A program made the translations under genes and the position numbers. Below the pieces are notes generated by a model that was not told where the DNA came from, searched no databases, and saw only the letters and a list, made by a program, of their open reading frames with translations. From IMG/VR virus record IMGVR_UViG_3300032116_014939, positions 178,065 through 242,064 of that record: a DNA stretch of 64,000 nucleotides, one strand, 5' to 3'. Below, piece by piece: positions 1 through 10,298 of the stretch (positions are counted from its first letter, which is position 1; each line of letters opens with the position of its first letter).

Positions 1-2
1 AC

Positions 3-164
3 CCTGAAATTATTATTAATTACAATAATAAAGTTGTTAAATATAAAACACTTTATAATGAAAAAATAAACTCGTCTAAAACTATTGAAAAGTTAAAGGA
101 ATTAGACGAAATAATCTCAAATATTACAGATGTTAAAAATACTAGGGGAACATTACTATATTGA
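3..164 (+). CDS. 3' end of an upstream gene (partial, runs off window)
   Basis: Open frame from position 3 (PEIIINYNNK...RGTLLY) to TGA at 162-164, overlapping the next start; not in ORF track. Confidence 0.4.
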   Translation, partial: PEIIINYNNKVVKYKTLYNEKINSSKTIEKLKELDEIISNITDVKNTRGTLLY

Positions 165-393
165 TTTGGAGTCTGCTCAATCAATTATTAATATAGACAC
201 ACCAAACTCATCAGGTTCAACTGAACAACAGATAGGTGTGGTTCAATACGAAATAATTAAAATGATGCTAGAGGTAGTCTTGAGTGAAACTGAAGAAGTT
301 GATGAAACTTTAGGAGATAAAGCATCAGCATCAATACCATTTAAATTGGCATTTAACACTTTATTAAATAATAAAATAATTCAAAAATACTAA
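130..393 (+). CDS. hypothetical protein
   Basis: 87-aa ORF tightly packed with neighbours. Confidence 0.7.
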   Translation: MLKILGEHYYIDLESAQSIINIDTPNSSGSTEQQIGVVQYEIIKMMLEVVLSETEEVDETLGDKASASIPFKLAFNTLLNNKIIQKY

Positions 394-396
394 AAC

Positions 397-1455
397 ATGG
401 AAGAAACAATTAAAAAAATTGAAGATTCAATTAAAAATTTGAGTGAAAAAAAATCAAGAATTTATTTTTTCGCTCAAGATACTTTAGGGAACGCTAAAGC
501 GTCAATCAAATACATTTATGATATGGCATTAACACTTAAAAATGCCGGTTATAATGTCATTATTTTACATGAAAAACCTAATTATTTTGGAGTACAAAGT
601 TGGTTAGGAAATAAATATGATTCTATTCCCCACCAATCAGTAGAAGGACAAAATTTACAAATAGCGCCTGAAGATTTTATGATTATTCCTGAAATTTTTG
701 GTTACGTTATGAGTCAATTAACAAACTTACCTTGTACTAAAATCGTATTGTCACAGTCTTATGACTATATATTTGAAACTCTTCAACCAGGACAAACTTG
801 GCAACAATTTAACTTTACAAAGTGTATCACAACTTCAGAAGAGCAAAAAAATTATGTTTCAAAATTAATGAGAATGAGTGCTGTTGACGTTATTGAACCA
901 GTAATCGATGAGAATTTTGTTGTTTCTGAAAAACCTGTTAAACCAATTATTTCGGTTGTGTTTAGAGAACAAAGAGATTCAATTAATTTTATCAAGTCGT
1001 TCTATCAAAAGTATCCACAATTTAGATGGATTACTTTCCGTGATTTAAGAGGTTTATCTCAAGAAGAATTTGCAAGTTCATTAAGAGAATCTATGTTGTC
1101 AGTATGGAACGATAGAATTAGTTCTTTTGGTACCTTCCCATTAGAATCTATGAAGAGTGGTGTAGCAGTTATGGGTGTAGTTCCAAAACTAATTCCAAGT
1201 TGGTTAAGCGAAGAAAACGGAATTTGGATACAAGATGAAATAAAACTTGTAGACTATGTTGCAGATTTTGTTCAAAATTGGTTAGAAGATAATGTTTCTG
1301 AAAATCTTTACAAGAATGGTATTGAAACTTCGGAAAAATATAGTGATGTAGAAAAATTTGAAAAGACAATTTTATCAACGTTTGAAGGTTATCTTCAAGT
1401 TATAAAAGAAAATTTTGAAACTGAATTAAATAAACTACAATTAATTGAAAATTAA
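397..1455 (+). CDS. glycosyltransferase-like protein (probable GT-B fold)
   Basis: N-terminal 'IYDMALTLKNAGYNVIILHE' and C-terminal 'FGTFPLESMKSGVAVMG' resemble GT4-type FGxPxLEAMxxG; adjacent to a GT2. Confidence 0.6.
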   Translation: MEETIKKIEDSIKNLSEKKSRIYFFAQDTLGNAKASIKYIYDMALTLKNAGYNVIILHEKPNYFGVQSWLGNKYDSIPHQSVEGQNLQIAPEDFMIIPEIFGYVMSQLTNLPCTKIVLSQSYDYIFETLQPGQTWQQFNFTKCITTSEEQKNYVSKLMRMSAVDVIEPVIDENFVVSEKPVKPIISVVFREQRDSINFIKSFYQKYPQFRWITFRDLRGLSQEEFASSLRESMLSVWNDRISSFGTFPLESMKSGVAVMGVVPKLIPSWLSEENGIWIQDEIKLVDYVADFVQNWLEDNVSENLYKNGIETSEKYSDVEKFEKTILSTFEGYLQVIKENFETELNKLQLIEN

Positions 1456-1459
1456 TATT

Positions 1460-2266
1460 ATGGAAAATATTTTAGATTTAAGTGTTATATTACCTATTAA
1501 AAGTATGGTAATGAGAGATTTTGAGGATTTCTTTAAAAAATCAATTGAGTCTGTACAATCTCAAGAGTTCTTACCAAAAAACTTAATTATAGTTCATGGT
1601 AAAGATAAAAATTTATCGGATTATTTGAAAAAATATGATTTTCAAAATCTTAAAGTAACAACTTTTGAATTTGATGGAGAACCAAATTTTTCAAATCAGG
1701 TTAATTTTGGAATTACAAAAGCTGAAACTAAATGGGTTAGTATTCTAGAAGTTGACGATGAATACTCAAAAATTTGGTTTAAAAATGTAAAAAAATATTT
1801 AGATTCATATTCTGATGTTGACGCATTTTTACCTATCGTAGTTGAGGTAGATAATAAATTAACCTTCCAAGGATTTACAAACGAAGCTACATTTGCGGCT
1901 AATTTCTCACAAGAAATGGGATATCTAACAAATGAAACTTTATTACAATATCAAAATTTTCAAACATCAGGAATGGTATTCAAAAAATCTCTAATTGAAG
2001 ATTTTGGTGGATTTAAACCAAGCATTAAATTAACATTTGTTTATGAATTGTTACTTCGTTTAACGTACAATTCGGCTAAAATTATGACTATTCCTAAAAT
2101 TGGTTACAAACACACTAATTTAAGAGAAGGTTCTATTTTTTGGGAATACAAAAATGGTGAAACCAAACTTGAAGAAAATGAGGTTAAGTTTTGGGTATCT
2201 TCAGCTAAAAAAGAATATTTTTTTAGTGAAGACAGAAACATAAAATTTGTTCCTGAAAATGCTTAA
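1460..2266 (+). CDS. glycosyltransferase family 2 (GT-A)
   Basis: 'LSVILPI' first strand, 'NFGITKAETKWVSILEVDD' DxD-like motif; ATG at 1460 preferred over TTG at 1445. Confidence 0.8.
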   Translation: MENILDLSVILPIKSMVMRDFEDFFKKSIESVQSQEFLPKNLIIVHGKDKNLSDYLKKYDFQNLKVTTFEFDGEPNFSNQVNFGITKAETKWVSILEVDDEYSKIWFKNVKKYLDSYSDVDAFLPIVVEVDNKLTFQGFTNEATFAANFSQEMGYLTNETLLQYQNFQTSGMVFKKSLIEDFGGFKPSIKLTFVYELLLRLTYNSAKIMTIPKIGYKHTNLREGSIFWEYKNGETKLEENEVKFWVSSAKKEYFFSEDRNIKFVPENA

Positions 2267-3003
2267 TGATATTAAGCGCCAGCTCAATAGAAATTGCCGT
2301 TAAGACGAAAAAAAAATCTAGCGGTGAAAATTACTTTGACATAAGAGAAGAGAATGCGGTCAGAATGTTTCTGACTGCTTCTACTTTTGAAGAAAAAAAT
2401 AAGATTTATAATGAATATTTAAGACATCCTTTAGATAAAATGATTTCTTCAATTATTCGTAGATATAAATTATACAGAAAAGATATGGATTTTATTGAAA
2501 TTCATACTGATACACATTCATTTTTGATGACAAAAATTGACAAATTTAGTCCATCAAAAGAAAAGAAAGCTTATTCATATTTTGGAACTATTTGCAAGAA
2601 TTATCTTATGGGTCAAATATTAAAAGACCAAAAAGAACAAAATAGAAAAATTTCCTATGAAGATATATCAGGTGATTTAGAAAATTCTCCTGAAATGGTT
2701 TATTACTTAGATGTTGAACCATCTGAAGAAGTTAATTTAATACCAATATTAATTGATTATATTAAAGAAACTATTGAAATTGATGATTTAAACGAAAGTG
2801 AAATAAAATTAGGTATTTCATTAGTTGAGATTATGGAAAATTATGAGACAATTTTTCCAGCAACTGATAACAATAAATTTAATAAAAATATTATTTTATT
2901 ATCGCTCAGAGAGATGACAAATATGTCAACAAAAGAAATAAGAGCGTCAATGAAAAAGTTCAAAAAAATATATACTGCTCTACTCCAAGTTAATCCTGAA
3001 TAA
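2266..3003 (+). CDS. phage sigma factor, T4 gp55-like (late transcription)
   Basis: Sigma region-2-like 'KIDKFSPSKEKKAYSYFGTICKNYL' (compare gp55-type FDPEKxxNxFAYFTxI) and a C-terminal helical segment. Confidence 0.72.
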   Translation: MILSASSIEIAVKTKKKSSGENYFDIREENAVRMFLTASTFEEKNKIYNEYLRHPLDKMISSIIRRYKLYRKDMDFIEIHTDTHSFLMTKIDKFSPSKEKKAYSYFGTICKNYLMGQILKDQKEQNRKISYEDISGDLENSPEMVYYLDVEPSEEVNLIPILIDYIKETIEIDDLNESEIKLGISLVEIMENYETIFPATDNNKFNKNIILLSLREMTNMSTKEIRASMKKFKKIYTALLQVNPE

Positions 3004-3030
3004 AAAATGTCATAAAAAATATTTATAAGT

Positions 3031-3393
3031 ATGACAAAACCAAAAAAGAAACAAATAAATTTTACACAGGACTCAATTTTAGCTCTGATGCAGGAAATTT
3101 ATAATGAGTTAGTTGAACAACGCTCCACCGCAATTAGAATTCAAAATAAAATGATTTCTATGATGAAAGAGCCTGAAGACATGACTGTTATAGGCCCGGT
3201 TATTGAAAAACAACAAAAAATCATAAATGATTGTGTTGAGAAAAAACTTACGTTATCTAAGTTACAATCAGGTATATGGGAAAAAAGAAGTAATTCCGAA
3301 GAAACTTTTGATATTTCATCTATGGATGATGATATTCTACAGGGTCTAATTTCAAAGGATATAAATTCAGATATTGAAAAATTTAATCTGTAA
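3031..3393 (+). CDS. hypothetical protein
   Basis: 120-aa ORF; TATTTAT at 3020-3026 just upstream. Confidence 0.75.
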   Translation: MTKPKKKQINFTQDSILALMQEIYNELVEQRSTAIRIQNKMISMMKEPEDMTVIGPVIEKQQKIINDCVEKKLTLSKLQSGIWEKRSNSEETFDISSMDDDILQGLISKDINSDIEKFNL

Positions 3394-5315
3394 TGGCAGA
3401 GGATATCAGACAAGGTTTTAAAGAAAGTAAAGCAAGGGCTAAAGCCGTCAAAACTTTTACGCAAGTACAAAAGGATTATGAAGGGTTTATACAGAACAAT
3501 ACTGATAGATTACAAAAAAAAGCGGAAAACATTCAAATAAATTTAGATTCCGCAACAATTTCAAGAAAAATTAAAGAAAAAACAAGTAATTCGTTTGAAG
3601 AATTAATTGATTTAATTGGTCAAACAAATACTAACCCAAATAATGATTTTTTTATTAATATTTTAAAAAATCAATTACAGAATTTACCAACTTTAATTGA
3701 AGGTATTATCGAAGAGTGTGTTTTTAGCTCATTGAATTGTTCTAATGAACAAACTTATTTAACAAATCAAGAACTATATATTCAAGTAAGTGAAATTGAT
3801 TTATTTAATCAACTTAAATTAAGTCCTGATAGTTCCATTGGTGCTTCAATATATGAAAAAATACCGTATGACCCATTAGCATCAAGAAGAAGTACTAACA
3901 GGTTTTTATACGAATTAATTCAAACACCATCAGTTCCGCAAGTTTACTACGGTTCATCAGGTCAAGAATTATTTAAAATTTCTTTTGAAACTTTTAACGG
4001 AGTTACTCAGGGGAATTATTTTAAAGTAGTTTTATACCAAAGAATAAATGCTCCAAATAGAGTAACAGATTTTATTATTGATTATTATAAAACTCTAAAA
4101 ATGTTAGATTTTAATAATGCGATAAATAAAATAGTTGATTTAATTTTAAACATAACAAAATTTAATTCAAATACCGGACCTTCAAAATATAATGATTGGT
4201 TAAAATTCACTAGAATACTTGAAAGAATTTTAGGAATGTGTTTTGATTCTAACCAAGAGATTGATGTTGGGGGTATTGCAAAATATCCTGAATATGATGA
4301 TGTTACTGACACATTTTTTGAATTTACACCAAATGAAATTTCTCAAATTGAGAACGAAATTTCTATCATAAGACAGGGTTATGTTGAATTTATTGATTGT
4401 AATAATGTTCAATTACCAATTAGTGATGTTGATTATGTTTTTGACACTATAAGTGAAGTCAATGAAGATGGAAGTAATATTAATACAATATTTCAAGATA
4501 TCTATTTTAATTTATCTAATGATGATAGATGGCAATTACAAGGTATTTCTCTTGATTACGCTTGGAATCAAGGAATAATTAAAAACTTTGTTAAAGGTGC
4601 AATGATGTCAATTTTATCACCAAAAGTCCTATTACCTTTTGTGGTTATGTCTAAAGCACTTTCAACCACTGTTTCCAATTTAGATGAAAACATTGTAAAC
4701 GATTTAGAAGCAAGTTCACCAGGAATGATGCAGTTTGCAAAATTGAACAGAAAAATGATAATCTGTGCTACCTCAAAAATAGGTGCGTTATTTATTGAAG
4801 CATTATATGAACAATTCAAACAGGATATTCTTAAATTAGTTAAATCAATATTAAGAGATTTGATTGTGACTAAAACAAAAATGCAAAAAAATGCAATTCA
4901 ATCAATTTTAGATAATACAGAGGCAATTATTAGAGGAGTAGTTAGTTTAGTTAATGACTATCGAAGTTGTAAATCACTACTTAATGCAATTTTTAATCTA
5001 TTAAAATTAACTCCAATACCTAGAAAATATATTTTACCAACACCATTTTTATATTTAACTGAATATCTATCTGGAGTTTTACCTCAAAAAGAAGTTGTTG
5101 AATACATTTTACAAATGCAACAACTTGGGATACCAACAGGCCCGGGTATTAATGGTGAGCCTGACTTAGGAACCCTTGAGAAAATTGCGGTCTTTACAGC
5201 ATCTTTTAATGAAAGGACTAAAAATGGTAAAATTGAAGGTGTTATAGTTACTGAAACAATTTCACCTACAGGTCAACCAACAGGAAATGTAAGAGTAACA
5301 GGAAAATATTTTTAA
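3393..5315 (+). CDS. large hypothetical protein, probably virion/baseplate associated
   Basis: 640-aa ORF translationally coupled to its neighbours, upstream of a gp5-like gene. Confidence 0.6.
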   Translation: MAEDIRQGFKESKARAKAVKTFTQVQKDYEGFIQNNTDRLQKKAENIQINLDSATISRKIKEKTSNSFEELIDLIGQTNTNPNNDFFINILKNQLQNLPTLIEGIIEECVFSSLNCSNEQTYLTNQELYIQVSEIDLFNQLKLSPDSSIGASIYEKIPYDPLASRRSTNRFLYELIQTPSVPQVYYGSSGQELFKISFETFNGVTQGNYFKVVLYQRINAPNRVTDFIIDYYKTLKMLDFNNAINKIVDLILNITKFNSNTGPSKYNDWLKFTRILERILGMCFDSNQEIDVGGIAKYPEYDDVTDTFFEFTPNEISQIENEISIIRQGYVEFIDCNNVQLPISDVDYVFDTISEVNEDGSNINTIFQDIYFNLSNDDRWQLQGISLDYAWNQGIIKNFVKGAMMSILSPKVLLPFVVMSKALSTTVSNLDENIVNDLEASSPGMMQFAKLNRKMIICATSKIGALFIEALYEQFKQDILKLVKSILRDLIVTKTKMQKNAIQSILDNTEAIIRGVVSLVNDYRSCKSLLNAIFNLLKLTPIPRKYILPTPFLYLTEYLSGVLPQKEVVEYILQMQQLGIPTGPGINGEPDLGTLEKIAVFTASFNERTKNGKIEGVIVTETISPTGQPTGNVRVTGKYF

Positions 5316-5316
5316 T

Positions 5317-5511
5317 ATGTCAGAAAAAATAAAAGAAATATTAGTTGAATATAAAACTAAATCAAACAAAGATTTGGTATTAGCAATGGATTTTTTATCA
5401 AAAGAATTTGATAATACCAAACATTTAGTTATTGAATTAACAAAAAAAATTGATAAAATAGAATCAACATATAACAAAATTTTAAAAGAATATGAGTCAA
5501 GGAAGGGATGA
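5317..5511 (+). CDS. small coiled-coil hypothetical protein
   Basis: 64-aa ORF between coupled genes. Confidence 0.65.
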   Translation: MSEKIKEILVEYKTKSNKDLVLAMDFLSKEFDNTKHLVIELTKKIDKIESTYNKILKEYESRKG

Positions 5512-7081
5512 CCAACAAAAACATAGGATATTATTTGGAGGTACTGTTACCCATAATGAAGACAAATATTCATTAGAACGTATTAGAGTTAAACCTGATT
5601 TTGAAATTTACCAACAAGTAATTGATTCACTTAAAGATATTACAAAAAATGGTAAATCAGTTTTAAATGCTCAAGGTAATGATATTTTAGAAGAATTTTT
5701 TTACGAAGATGTCGACCCTTTTGTTTATATTCCTTTAATTCCTGTTCAATTAAATATTGTTCCTGAAAATAATGATTATGTTCATTTAATTTATTATAAT
5801 TGGTCTGAAAATACAGGAAGAAAAAATCAATTTTATATTAAAGGCCCGATATCATCAGCAATGTCTGTTGCTCGTGAAAATTCAAACCAAACAAAAAGTA
5901 TTATGGCGGCAGGGCCTAATGTTAAACCAGGTTTACCATTAAAAAATTCAAATGGATACTTTTTTGAAAACACTAAAGGGGTATTTGCTGAACCAAAAGA
6001 TTATGGAATTTATTCTAAAGGAAGGTCTGATATTATTTTAAAAGATAATGAAGTTTTATTAAGGTCAAAAAAAACACCAATATTAAAAACAAATGAATAC
6101 CCTGTAACGAATCCTAAAAGGTCTTTTTTACAATTATCTAATTTTGATTCTAAAACAACCAAAGGGACACAAAAAACAATTACTCAAAATTCAACAGTAT
6201 CTGAACAAATTGTTAAACTTGTTGAGTATGAAATTTATTATGGATTGGATACTGAAGGCCCATTTTCAGGTAACATTAACATATATAATTTACCCGGAAA
6301 GTCCCCAAATACTTTAACAGATAGATTTACACAACAAACAGTTATTGACGATGTTACATATACGTATTTTTCACATTCTTTTAATAACATTGATACTCTA
6401 CAAGAAGTATCTGATATAATTAATAAAGTGATATCAGGATTAAATGACGGACTAATTAATATTGATTACTTAACGCCAAGAGAAACTGTAAATGTTACAG
6501 ATGTTAGATTTCCATTTTTCTTTAGACCATCATTATCTTTACAAAAAAAATCACTAATTGGTAGTGACCTCGAAAAGAAAAATACAAATACTTTAATTTC
6601 ATTAATAGCATTTCCGAAATCACAGAAATTAACAAACCCTGGTTCAGGATTAATTTCAAGTAAAAATAAATACGGATTAAAAAAGGTTTCAAAGAAAGTA
6701 AAATACACTCCTAATGTAAGTCAAAACGGTGATTTTGGTTACGCAGTAATGGGGTCTGAAAAAATATTTTTAATATCTAACAATTCAAATATTCCAGGAT
6801 TAGAAAAAATCCAATTAAAAAATTCAGATGTTTATGGTATTAATGAACCTACTTTATCAGGAAATTATTATAATTCAACAAACTCTATGGTTAGAGGAGA
6901 ATCGTTAAAAGATTTATTGGCATTAATTGTGAGATTTTTATTAAATCATCAACACCTATATCATAGAGAAACTCCATTTGAATTAACAAGGGAAACTTCT
7001 CCAATATCTAAGACAAAATTAACATCTGAATGGAAATTATTCGATACTAAAGTATTAAATCAAAATATTCGTATAAATTGA
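5492..7081 (+). CDS. baseplate hub / gp5-like protein
   Basis: N-terminal 'GTVTHNEDKYSLERIRVK...IPLIPVQLNIVPENNDYVHLIY' resembles the gp5/VgrG OB fold; 'GRSDIILKDNEVLLRS' and C-terminal 'GESLKDLLALIVRFLLNHQH' fit phage spike proteins. Confidence 0.55.
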   Translation: MSQGRDDQQKHRILFGGTVTHNEDKYSLERIRVKPDFEIYQQVIDSLKDITKNGKSVLNAQGNDILEEFFYEDVDPFVYIPLIPVQLNIVPENNDYVHLIYYNWSENTGRKNQFYIKGPISSAMSVARENSNQTKSIMAAGPNVKPGLPLKNSNGYFFENTKGVFAEPKDYGIYSKGRSDIILKDNEVLLRSKKTPILKTNEYPVTNPKRSFLQLSNFDSKTTKGTQKTITQNSTVSEQIVKLVEYEIYYGLDTEGPFSGNINIYNLPGKSPNTLTDRFTQQTVIDDVTYTYFSHSFNNIDTLQEVSDIINKVISGLNDGLINIDYLTPRETVNVTDVRFPFFFRPSLSLQKKSLIGSDLEKKNTNTLISLIAFPKSQKLTNPGSGLISSKNKYGLKKVSKKVKYTPNVSQNGDFGYAVMGSEKIFLISNNSNIPGLEKIQLKNSDVYGINEPTLSGNYYNSTNSMVRGESLKDLLALIVRFLLNHQHLYHRETPFELTRETSPISKTKLTSEWKLFDTKVLNQNIRIN

Positions 7082-7101
7082 TATTTATCTAAAAAGAGTA
7101 A

Positions 7102-8607
7102 ATGTCAATACATCGTTCATATTTTAGTAGGAACAATACAATAATTTCAAATAGTTTTACCAACACTGGTAAATCACCTTATACGCAATTATATTTTGGT
7201 TCAGCATCTGATGTAATTGCGTCCCCTGGATTTAGTAGATTTATCTTTGATTTAGATTTATCATTACTTGTACAAAAAATCCAAGACGGAATAATATCAA
7301 CAGGATGTACAGGTTTTTCAGGTATCACTCATACATTAAAAATGACCAACACATCTTCTTTTGATAAAGATGGGTTAAGTAATGAATACACATCACAAGG
7401 AAGATTAAGAGCAACATCATTTGACTTAGTTTTATTTAGAATACCTCTTACTTCAGGTAATACAGGAACTGCTCAAACGTGGGATGAAGGTGTTGGATAT
7501 GATTACTATGATGTTCAACGTACTTTAAATTCAACTAATGGTTTATTATCACCAATAGCTTTACCACAAGATAAAGCATATTCTCAAAGACCTTCTAATT
7601 GGTATCAAACAACAACATTAGATAATTGGTCAACACCCGGAATATACAATAATACAAACACAGGAACAGGGTCAACAATTAATTATTCGGCGTTAACAAT
7701 TGTTGATACTCAACATTTTGAATTTGGGAATGAAGATATTGAGTTTGATATGACAAATGAAATCAATCGAATTCTTACCGGTACAACAACTGGGTCAACA
7801 GGATGGGGAGTTGCTTTTTTACCCGAATTAGAAAATTTAACAGGTTTAACTGAAAACTATTCAGTAGGATTTTTTACAAGGCATACCCAAACTTTCTACG
7901 AACCATTTCTTGAAACAAATTATAACGATTTAATACTTGATAATCGAAACGCTTTTTATTCTTACAACAATAATAAATTATACTTGTATTCTTACATAGG
8001 TGGTGTACCAACAAATTTGGATAATTTACCGATTGTTACCTTAGAAAATAATCAAGGTAACACTATTGGTACTTATACGGGGTGTCAAATTACTCAAGGT
8101 GTTTATGAAATAACAACTAATTCTGTTTCAGCAACAACACCTTGTATGTTTACAGATACTTGGTCAAATCTTTATTATAACGGTATACAAATACCTAATG
8201 TAGTTAATGATTTAACTGTTTTACCATACACTGGTTATTTTACTCTTGGGCCTAATAGTCAAGACCCTGAACTTTTTGGTTTTGATTTTTACGGTATTAA
8301 ACAAGATGAAAAAATATTAAATACTGATTTAAGAAAAGTTGGTGTTGTTGTTAAAAAAGCGTACACATCTAATCAAGTATTAACACCTGTAACTGTTTAT
8401 TACCGAGTTTATGTTAAAGAGGGTCAAACAGAAGTACAAGTTCAAGATTGGACACAAGTAAACAGAGCGTCAAATGAATATTATTTCATCTTTGATACAA
8501 GAGATAAAATACCTAATGAATATTCAATAGATATTAAAGTACTTACATCAGGTGAAGTAGATACTTATAAGAAAACACTAACATTCCAAATAGTTGATAA
8601 GAAATGA
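7102..8607 (+). CDS. virion structural protein (Thr/Gly/Asn-rich, beta-rich)
   Basis: 501 aa with structural-protein composition; TATTTAT at 7082-7088. Confidence 0.55.
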   Translation: MSIHRSYFSRNNTIISNSFTNTGKSPYTQLYFGSASDVIASPGFSRFIFDLDLSLLVQKIQDGIISTGCTGFSGITHTLKMTNTSSFDKDGLSNEYTSQGRLRATSFDLVLFRIPLTSGNTGTAQTWDEGVGYDYYDVQRTLNSTNGLLSPIALPQDKAYSQRPSNWYQTTTLDNWSTPGIYNNTNTGTGSTINYSALTIVDTQHFEFGNEDIEFDMTNEINRILTGTTTGSTGWGVAFLPELENLTGLTENYSVGFFTRHTQTFYEPFLETNYNDLILDNRNAFYSYNNNKLYLYSYIGGVPTNLDNLPIVTLENNQGNTIGTYTGCQITQGVYEITTNSVSATTPCMFTDTWSNLYYNGIQIPNVVNDLTVLPYTGYFTLGPNSQDPELFGFDFYGIKQDEKILNTDLRKVGVVVKKAYTSNQVLTPVTVYYRVYVKEGQTEVQVQDWTQVNRASNEYYFIFDTRDKIPNEYSIDIKVLTSGEVDTYKKTLTFQIVDKK

Positions 8608-9122
8608 AAAAAATAAAATTAAAAGAAAACGAATATATTAAATTATTAAAATTTGTTTTATCCGAAGCCTTTACTCCTGGTGAAGATAAAATTGACGCAA
8701 TTTTAGATAAAATTAGTCAATCAGGTATGGAATCAATTACACCTGAAGAAAGAAAAACTCTTGAGAAATTTACTAAAGGTATTTCAATTGAAGACGAACC
8801 GTCATCTAAAGAAGATGCTATAACAAAGGCAGGTGGTTTTTGGTCTTTTGAATTTCCAGGAATGCCATCGTTTAAATTTAGATATGAGTCAACTGAAGAT
8901 AATGAGGATGAAAAAATACATACAGGGTATCTAACTGTTGATGATAGTGACTATTATGGTGAAATTTATTGTGACCCCGAAGGTAATTTTCAAACTTGTA
9001 TGTTTGAAAACACAACTGAAGGAACAAATGTATTTGAAGATTATGAAGGTTTAGAACATGATATTGAAGTGTTTTTAGATGTAGTCTGTAATGACCTAAA
9101 AGAAGATGATATGATAGCTTAA
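8604..9122 (+). CDS. acidic protein with MKKIKLKENE...VLSE leader
   Basis: N-terminus is a variant of the shared leader family. Confidence 0.7.
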   Translation: MKKIKLKENEYIKLLKFVLSEAFTPGEDKIDAILDKISQSGMESITPEERKTLEKFTKGISIEDEPSSKEDAITKAGGFWSFEFPGMPSFKFRYESTEDNEDEKIHTGYLTVDDSDYYGEIYCDPEGNFQTCMFENTTEGTNVFEDYEGLEHDIEVFLDVVCNDLKEDDMIA

Positions 9123-9123
9123 T

Positions 9124-9579
9124 ATGAAAAACTTAGACAATTTAATTAAACAAGTATTAAAAGAACAAAATGAAAGATATATGTTTTTCAGTAATTTAGA
9201 ACAAATGCACCGTCAATGTGAGATACTTTTATCTATACCTAAAGATGACGTTGAAAATATTTTAAACAATGGTCACGATTGGGCTCAAGACCACATTGCC
9301 GAATCTAAAAATAACTTAGACCAAGTATTTGATTTTATGATGAATGAAATCAAAGGTGATAAGTTTAGTTCTGATGATGCAGTTAAACCTCAAGAAGATA
9401 TCATGATGGAAGGTCGTAAAAAAGCAGGTACTAAACTTTGTGCACGTGGTAAATCGGCAGCTAAAGCTAAATTTGATGTTTACCCTTCAGCATATGCTAA
9501 TGGTTATGCGGTACAGGTATGTAAAGGTACAAAACCTGGTTTAGACGGAAAAAAACACTGTTCAGGGGCTTATTGTTAA
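9124..9579 (+). CDS. hypothetical head-associated protein with a basic Cys-containing C-terminal module
   Basis: Leader MKNLDNLIKQVLKEQ; C-terminal 'AKAKFDVYPSAYANGYAVQVCKG' is a module common in T4-like phages. Confidence 0.7.
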   Translation: MKNLDNLIKQVLKEQNERYMFFSNLEQMHRQCEILLSIPKDDVENILNNGHDWAQDHIAESKNNLDQVFDFMMNEIKGDKFSSDDAVKPQEDIMMEGRKKAGTKLCARGKSAAKAKFDVYPSAYANGYAVQVCKGTKPGLDGKKHCSGAYC

Positions 9580-9587
9580 CAAAACAT

Positions 9588-9618
9588 TTTGAATTATTAA
9601 AAAAACATAGTATATTTG
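9588..9618 (+). promoter_or_regulatory. Bacteroidota sigma-A type promoter
   Basis: TTTG (9588-9591), 19 bp, TATATTTG (9611-9618): matches the -33/-7 consensus. Confidence 0.75.
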
Positions 9619-9637
9619 TAGTCAAATCATAAATGAC

Positions 9638-10042
9638 ATGACTATAATAAAAAAACTATGGGTTAAATATCGTCTATATCTACGTCGATTAGACCGAGAA
9701 AGTACCGAATTTGACATTTATATGTCTAACGTGAGGAAATGTTCCACCATATGTAGAAAACTCATTCATTCGGAGGATTCTGAACTCATAATCGCTCCAA
9801 TATCTGACAAAAAATATATCCGTAATGATAAATTAGGTATTTTTGTTACTATGGACGGTGGTCAAATAACTGTAACAAATCATACATACAGTTATTTTAT
9901 TAAATTAAGTAAAAGTCAATGGGATAAATTGGTTAATACATTCCGTAAAGAAATGGAACATAGAGCCATGGAGATTGAAAAAGAATTAGAAACTCAAATT
10001 AATCATTCTCTTGATAATATTTATAGTAAAATAAATCACTAA
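9638..10042 (+). CDS. hypothetical protein
   Basis: 134-aa ORF downstream of a host-type promoter. Confidence 0.75.
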   Translation: MTIIKKLWVKYRLYLRRLDRESTEFDIYMSNVRKCSTICRKLIHSEDSELIIAPISDKKYIRNDKLGIFVTMDGGQITVTNHTYSYFIKLSKSQWDKLVNTFRKEMEHRAMEIEKELETQINHSLDNIYSKINH

Positions 10043-10052
10043 TATTATTATA

Positions 10053-10298
10053 ATGTCAAAGTTAAATAGTCAAATTAAAAAAGCAATAAAAGAAATGTCA
10101 CAAGAACCTGAATACGGAAGATTAGATAGAAGTTTAATCCAAGATGTTATTGATAGGTTATTATCTGATGATTCAGGTGATTATAGGAAAGCGTTAGAAA
10201 ACCTTAATTCAGAATATGGTACAGGACAATACTCAAGACCTGAAAGAACTTACGAACCTCTTAGACCCGGTATTAGAGTTAGTAAAAGTATTTATTAA
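10053..10298 (+). CDS. hypothetical protein
   Basis: 81-aa ORF. Confidence 0.65.
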   Translation: MSKLNSQIKKAIKEMSQEPEYGRLDRSLIQDVIDRLLSDDSGDYRKALENLNSEYGTGQYSRPERTYEPLRPGIRVSKSIY

